Below the pieces are notes generated by a model. It saw only the letters and a list, made by a program, of their open reading frames with translations, had not been told where the DNA came from and made no database searches. The translations under genes and the position numbers were made by a program. This document shows positions 59,427-64,000 of a stretch of 64,000 bases of DNA, one piece after another (the first letter of the stretch is position 1; the number at the start of each line of letters is the position of its first letter). The stretch is from a virus: IMG/VR virus record IMGVR_UViG_3300025121_000035, positions 20,044 through 84,043 of that record. One strand, 5' to 3'.

Positions 59427-62400
59427 TTGAATAAAAGTTTTCAAATAATACGAACTAATCCAAGATTAACAACAAATATAAAAATAGTTGTAGATAATGA
59501 CTATAATTTATATTTAGAAAGTTTTAATAGTAGTAAAGATTTAAACGATGATAAATTTAAACATATTATATTAAATACTGAAGCATCAATTGAAGATGAA
59601 GTTCCAAAATTTTATGACAAAATACCTAAAAATATAGCATTTTCACCTAAAAATGATAATGATGTAGATATTATGTATAACACATATGAAAATCAATTTG
59701 ATGAAATTTATCATTCTGGTGCTAATGAAGTAGAAGATCAATGGTATTCAGAAGAATTTGAATATTTTGCTCCATTATATTTACAAAAAAATAATATTCC
59801 TAAACAATTTATAATTTTAAGAGTTGATGACCCTGCAATATATGAATTAAAAGGTGATACATATACTATCGGTAAATTAACAAAAGATAATTTTAGAAGT
59901 GAAATAATCGATAAATGGAAATGTGTAAAAGTATTTGATTTAACAGAAAATACAAATCTTGGAAAATTTATTAAAAGAAATATAACTGATAATAATAGAT
60001 TTCCTGAATTTTCTTTTTTCTTTGATACTAAAAAATATAATTACTCTAAATGGGGTGGAATGGATTATAAATCAGGAGTTTATACAACAAAAGAATTATT
60101 TATAAATGATAAATTATATTATGAAAATAATCATTTTGAATTTGAACAATTTATAACAAAAGGATTTGAAGATAATAATATAATATATCCTTTTATTTGG
60201 AATTTTAAATTTCTATATGATGATAATCCAGCTACACCAATTAAATTTAATAAATATTCTTCTAATAGATATTTTGGTTTTTATACAGAAGAAATGGAAT
60301 TAGTTAAAATATTAACATCTTATAAATTAGATGCATTAAATCCTATTGCTACAATAAAAAATAATATTTTTTATGTTGATGGTGTAATTGCTAATCCTTT
60401 TGTTAATCAACTAACTACAACAGGATGGGTACAAATTGATAATGAAATTTATAAAATAAATAGATTAAGTAATTTACAATATCAAATTTTTAGTAATAAA
60501 GATTTAACAAATTATAGTGTTTCTACTTTTAATCAAAATGAATGTGAAATTACATATACAGATGATAAAAATCGTATAAGTTATACTGGAATTATAGATG
60601 AATATATAAATACAATCGGTGAAAATAAAAATATGTATGCTGATTTATATTTAATTGATATAGATGGAATATTCCATGTTCTCAAAAAAGATACTATTGG
60701 ATATTATATACAAACAGATTATGCTATAATTTCTAATTTCAAAGAATTACATTATTGGAAAGGTGGTTTAAATAATGAATATGATATTAAAAAATCAATA
60801 TTAAATGACGATGGTTCACCTATTACATATAAAATATATCGTGTAAAATTTAATTCTATAAAAGACTTTGATTTTGATAGAATTAATACAAAATATGCTG
60901 ATTTTGATTATGAAAAATATACTTATTATTATACACCAGAAGTAAAATTATATGCTAATGAGTATTTAGATGATAGTATGCCTATTCGTAAAAAAACACA
61001 TGATATTAGTTATGACGGTCAATATAGTTTAATGGATATTTCATCTGAATATATTGCTGATGATGAAGCATTTGAAATACAAAGAAATTTAAAAAACGGT
61101 AACTTAAATCAATTATGGACAAAAAATCAAACAATTTGTAAATGGGGATATGATAGTTCAATAAGTCATTCAGATTATACATATAAATTAAATAATTCAT
61201 ATGAACATGGTGGTGCTTTTAATAGAACTACTAATACTGATATTAAAAAAGCTATTATTAAAGAAAAATCTCTAGATTATTTTTATAGAATTGGTAATTT
61301 TTATGAAAATGCATCAACAATTTATATAAGTGAACCATATATTAGTAATGATTGGATAAGTAACGAATTAAATATTTGGAATGTATATTCAACTTATATT
61401 GATGCTGAATGGGATTATATAACACCAACATATTTAACATATTTAGTAGAACCACTAATAATTGGAGATGAATATGATATAGTATTAAGTGCTGAAGTGT
61501 ATAATAATTTTGGTGGAGGAACAGTAGGTGTTGATCTAAATTCTTTTGATGATGCAACAGGGACTGCACTAGCTGGATATAATGTAGAAATAAATGTTAC
61601 ATCAACTGCTAAATCAAGTGTATTTAAATTAGAATTAATTAATATGAATGTTAGAATAACTAATATTTCAATAACTAAAAAAATTCAAAATAAATATTAT
61701 TTAAATCAATCTACAAATATACAAACATCCTTACATAAAAAATACGATACTTTAATTGAACCTAAATTTAATTTACAACATTATATGAATTCAGAATTTG
61801 ATTATTTTGATTTCTTTTTCAAAAATATAATGTATTATAATAATAATGGACAATATTTTGAAAAACCGTATTTAAAATACTCAATATTTGGTGGAGGTGA
61901 TACTGAATTACCAGCGTCTTCTTTATTTAAAGGATTAGAATATAATATATATTCAGTTGATAATATTACATTTAATATTAATTCTAATGGTACGGAAACT
62001 ATTAAAAGTATAATTAAAAGCAATGGCAAATTTTATAACGGTTATAAAATGGCTGTTATATTAAGTGAAAATTATACTAATTATAGTTTTGATGGGGATT
62101 ATGATAACGGCTATTCAAATGCAAGTTGGATATCTAGTGAAAATAAATCAATAGCATATTCAAATTTACTACAATCCATTGATCAAAACGGAATTCATGT
62201 TATATTAAACGAAAAATTTAAAAATTTATTAATTATAATAAATGTAAATTTATCTATTAATTCAGAATGGGGTTCATTAAATAATGTAGGTATATTTGGT
62301 GAAAATAATGGATTATATTATGGTAAAACAAAAGATAATAAATATAATTTATTCCCTATTACTCCAACTATCGAAAAAATATATAATCCTGATAATTTAA

Positions 62401-64000
62401 CTGCTAATTATTTTTTAACTAATGTGAATAATTTAAATACTACTGTTATATATGATAGACCAGTTACATATTATTATATTGATGAAAACGGAAACAAAGG
62501 TCAAGTTAATATGGGTAATTTTGCTGATACATCTAATACAATTAATTTGAAAAATAAATTAGGTGGTACTGCAATTTGGGATAAAAAATATCCACCATTT
62601 TATATTCAAATTAATACTCCATCATCTATACAATTAAAGAAAAAATCATATGTGACAAATTCAATTCGTGGACCACAATATAATATTTATGATAAATATA
62701 TAGTTTATAGTAATAATAAACCATTAGAAGGTTCATATATTAAAGAACCATTAGCAAGAGAAATAAATATACATAGAAAAGATGATGTTAGAAATAAAAT
62801 ACTTGGTAGAGAAAATTTAGATAATTATAAAAATATAAACAGATTTGTTGGTTATTATGAACCAATATTTACTGATATAACTATGTTTAAACCTACTTAT
62901 TATTGGTGGGATGAATCAGAATCAAAATATAAATATTATTCTGGAAATTATACTTTTGGTGATGATTTAGAGCAATTTGGAAAAATAAATGAAATGATGT
63001 ATTCAAAAGTAAACCAAGATGGTAATTATTTAAAATTAAGAAATCAAGATATTGATAAAAGTATTTATCCTATGGTAGACGAAATTGGATTATCACAAAC
63101 CGAAAGAAATATACTATTATCATCTTGGGATGAAGAATTTTATATTAAAACACTTAATCAACAAACATTGTTAGAAGATTATGTTGAAATACCAGAATTT
63201 TTAATTATTTATCCATCATTTGCAGCAATTATTTCTGTTGAAGTAATACCTGGTAAAATAGTTAGTTCTAATTATTATACAGGTATAAATTATTATGGTT
63301 ATAATAAAGCTATAATAGAGGATCATCAAACTGGTATGACATATAATGTTACTGTCAGAAATAATTCAGAATCAGTAAAATCATTTGATGTTACTATTAA
63401 ATATAGTTCTCCTGATTATCCAACTACAACAGAGTTAGGAAGACAAACAATAATATTAAACCCTAGTGGATATACTGGTGATGAAATAGATGTAACCTTT
63501 ACGGATATTAAACTACCATATGAACAAAATGATTCGTCTGCAAAAGAATATACTCTATATTATGTTAAATTTGATATATGGGATAATAATGAAAATATTG
63601 CTACTGATAGTCAAGTATCATTTAATATATTTAATAATTTAGTTTTTTATTCTATACCTACTATCACTACACCATATGGAATCACTACTACATATTATAT
63701 AGTATCAGGTGTTGATGCTGTAACATATAATTTTAGTGTAGGAGTTGTTCATATTAATCCTAAAATAAATAGTACTTTTTATAATGCAAAATTTTATATA
63801 AGTGTTGATCAAGGTGTTTATGAACAAATAGGGCAAACTATTTCACCAGGTACTATTATAAGCAAAAACGGTACAACTACTTTAACTTTTAATGATGTAG
63901 AATTAAAAGCAGTAACTGGTTTAGGCAATAATATTATTACACAACAAGAATTAAAATGTATTATATCGTATAGATATTATATAGAAAATTCACCTAAAAT
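59427..64000 (+). CDS. Very large probable structural protein (more than 1500 aa, runs off window end)
   Basis: TTG start giving (M)NKSFQIIRTNPRLTTNIKIVV. The same frame is open at the window end; the interior was only spot-checked for stops. Confidence 0.65.
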   Translation, partial: MNKSFQIIRTNPRLTTNIKIVVDNDYNLYLESFNSSKDLNDDKFKHIILNTEASIEDEVPKFYDKIPKNIAFSPKNDNDVDIMYNTYENQFDEIYHSGANEVEDQWYSEEFEYFAPLYLQKNNIPKQFIILRVDDPAIYELKGDTYTIGKLTKDNFRSEIIDKWKCVKVFDLTENTNLGKFIKRNITDNNRFPEFSFFFDTKKYNYSKWGGMDYKSGVYTTKELFINDKLYYENNHFEFEQFITKGFEDNNIIYPFIWNFKFLYDDNPATPIKFNKYSSNRYFGFYTEEMELVKILTSYKLDALNPIATIKNNIFYVDGVIANPFVNQLTTTGWVQIDNEIYKINRLSNLQYQIFSNKDLTNYSVSTFNQNECEITYTDDKNRISYTGIIDEYINTIGENKNMYADLYLIDIDGIFHVLKKDTIGYYIQTDYAIISNFKELHYWKGGLNNEYDIKKSILNDDGSPITYKIYRVKFNSIKDFDFDRINTKYADFDYEKYTYYYTPEVKLYANEYLDDSMPIRKKTHDISYDGQYSLMDISSEYIADDEAFEIQRNLKNGNLNQLWTKNQTICKWGYDSSISHSDYTYKLNNSYEHGGAFNRTTNTDIKKAIIKEKSLDYFYRIGNFYENASTIYISEPYISNDWISNELNIWNVYSTYIDAEWDYITPTYLTYLVEPLIIGDEYDIVLSAEVYNNFGGGTVGVDLNSFDDATGTALAGYNVEINVTSTAKSSVFKLELINMNVRITNISITKKIQNKYYLNQSTNIQTSLHKKYDTLIEPKFNLQHYMNSEFDYFDFFFKNIMYYNNNGQYFEKPYLKYSIFGGGDTELPASSLFKGLEYNIYSVDNITFNINSNGTETIKSIIKSNGKFYNGYKMAVILSENYTNYSFDGDYDNGYSNASWISSENKSIAYSNLLQSIDQNGIHVILNEKFKNLLIIINVNLSINSEWGSLNNVGIFGENNGLYYGKTKDNKYNLFPITPTIEKIYNPDNLTANYFLTNVNNLNTTVIYDRPVTYYYIDENGNKGQVNMGNFADTSNTINLKNKLGGTAIWDKKYPPFYIQINTPSSIQLKKKSYVTNSIRGPQYNIYDKYIVYSNNKPLEGSYIKEPLAREINIHRKDDVRNKILGRENLDNYKNINRFVGYYEPIFTDITMFKPTYYWWDESESKYKYYSGNYTFGDDLEQFGKINEMMYSKVNQDGNYLKLRNQDIDKSIYPMVDEIGLSQTERNILLSSWDEEFYIKTLNQQTLLEDYVEIPEFLIIYPSFAAIISVEVIPGKIVSSNYYTGINYYGYNKAIIEDHQTGMTYNVTVRNNSESVKSFDVTIKYSSPDYPTTTELGRQTIILNPSGYTGDEIDVTFTDIKLPYEQNDSSAKEYTLYYVKFDIWDNNENIATDSQVSFNIFNNLVFYSIPTITTPYGITTTYYIVSGVDAVTYNFSVGVVHINPKINSTFYNAKFYISVDQGVYEQIGQTISPGTIISKNGTTTLTFNDVELKAVTGLGNNIITQQELKCIISYRYYIENSPK

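Noticed and set aside
841-62029. Short ORFs antisense to or overlapping long genes (841, 1456, 12091, 12644, 12684, 17246, 25758, 31642, 33024, 37545, 42567, 44377, 49512, 53519, 57780, 61006, 61342, 61835)
   Set aside because: They are shadow frames of well-supported genes, with biased composition and no recognisable motifs.
1-64000. Alternative genetic code (TAG or TGA recoding as in some megaphages)
   Set aside because: Long conserved genes are intact in code 11, and TAG (18600, 48520) and TGA (22413, 47328) end genes at sensible positions.

Overview
Very AT-rich window from a large T4-like (myovirus-type) jumbo or mega phage using the standard code 11. The host is probably Bacteroidota, judged from TonB, Hc1, ParA, NrdJ and thioredoxin homologues. 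From left to right it holds: a baseplate/tail module (minus strand); UvsX, a DnaB helicase and a class II RNR, the last two fractured by split inteins with free-standing endonucleases in the gaps; a family of LRR and ankyrin proteins with a shared T4 capsid-targeting-like leader; host-like stress genes (trxA, dnaK with an ORF-less group I intron, hsp20) behind sigma54-like promoters; an IS605-type tnpB element; a lysozyme; ParA plus two perfect parS palindromes; a C5 methyltransferase whose intein is interrupted by a 365-bp non-autonomous IS200/IS605 element carrying a structured RNA cassette; a tmRNA with a 34-aa tag; an ankyrin cluster with a shared C-terminal motif; a clamp loader; a DinG helicase; and two giant probable virion proteins. 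All calls come from reading motifs by eye; no database searches or folding programs were run.
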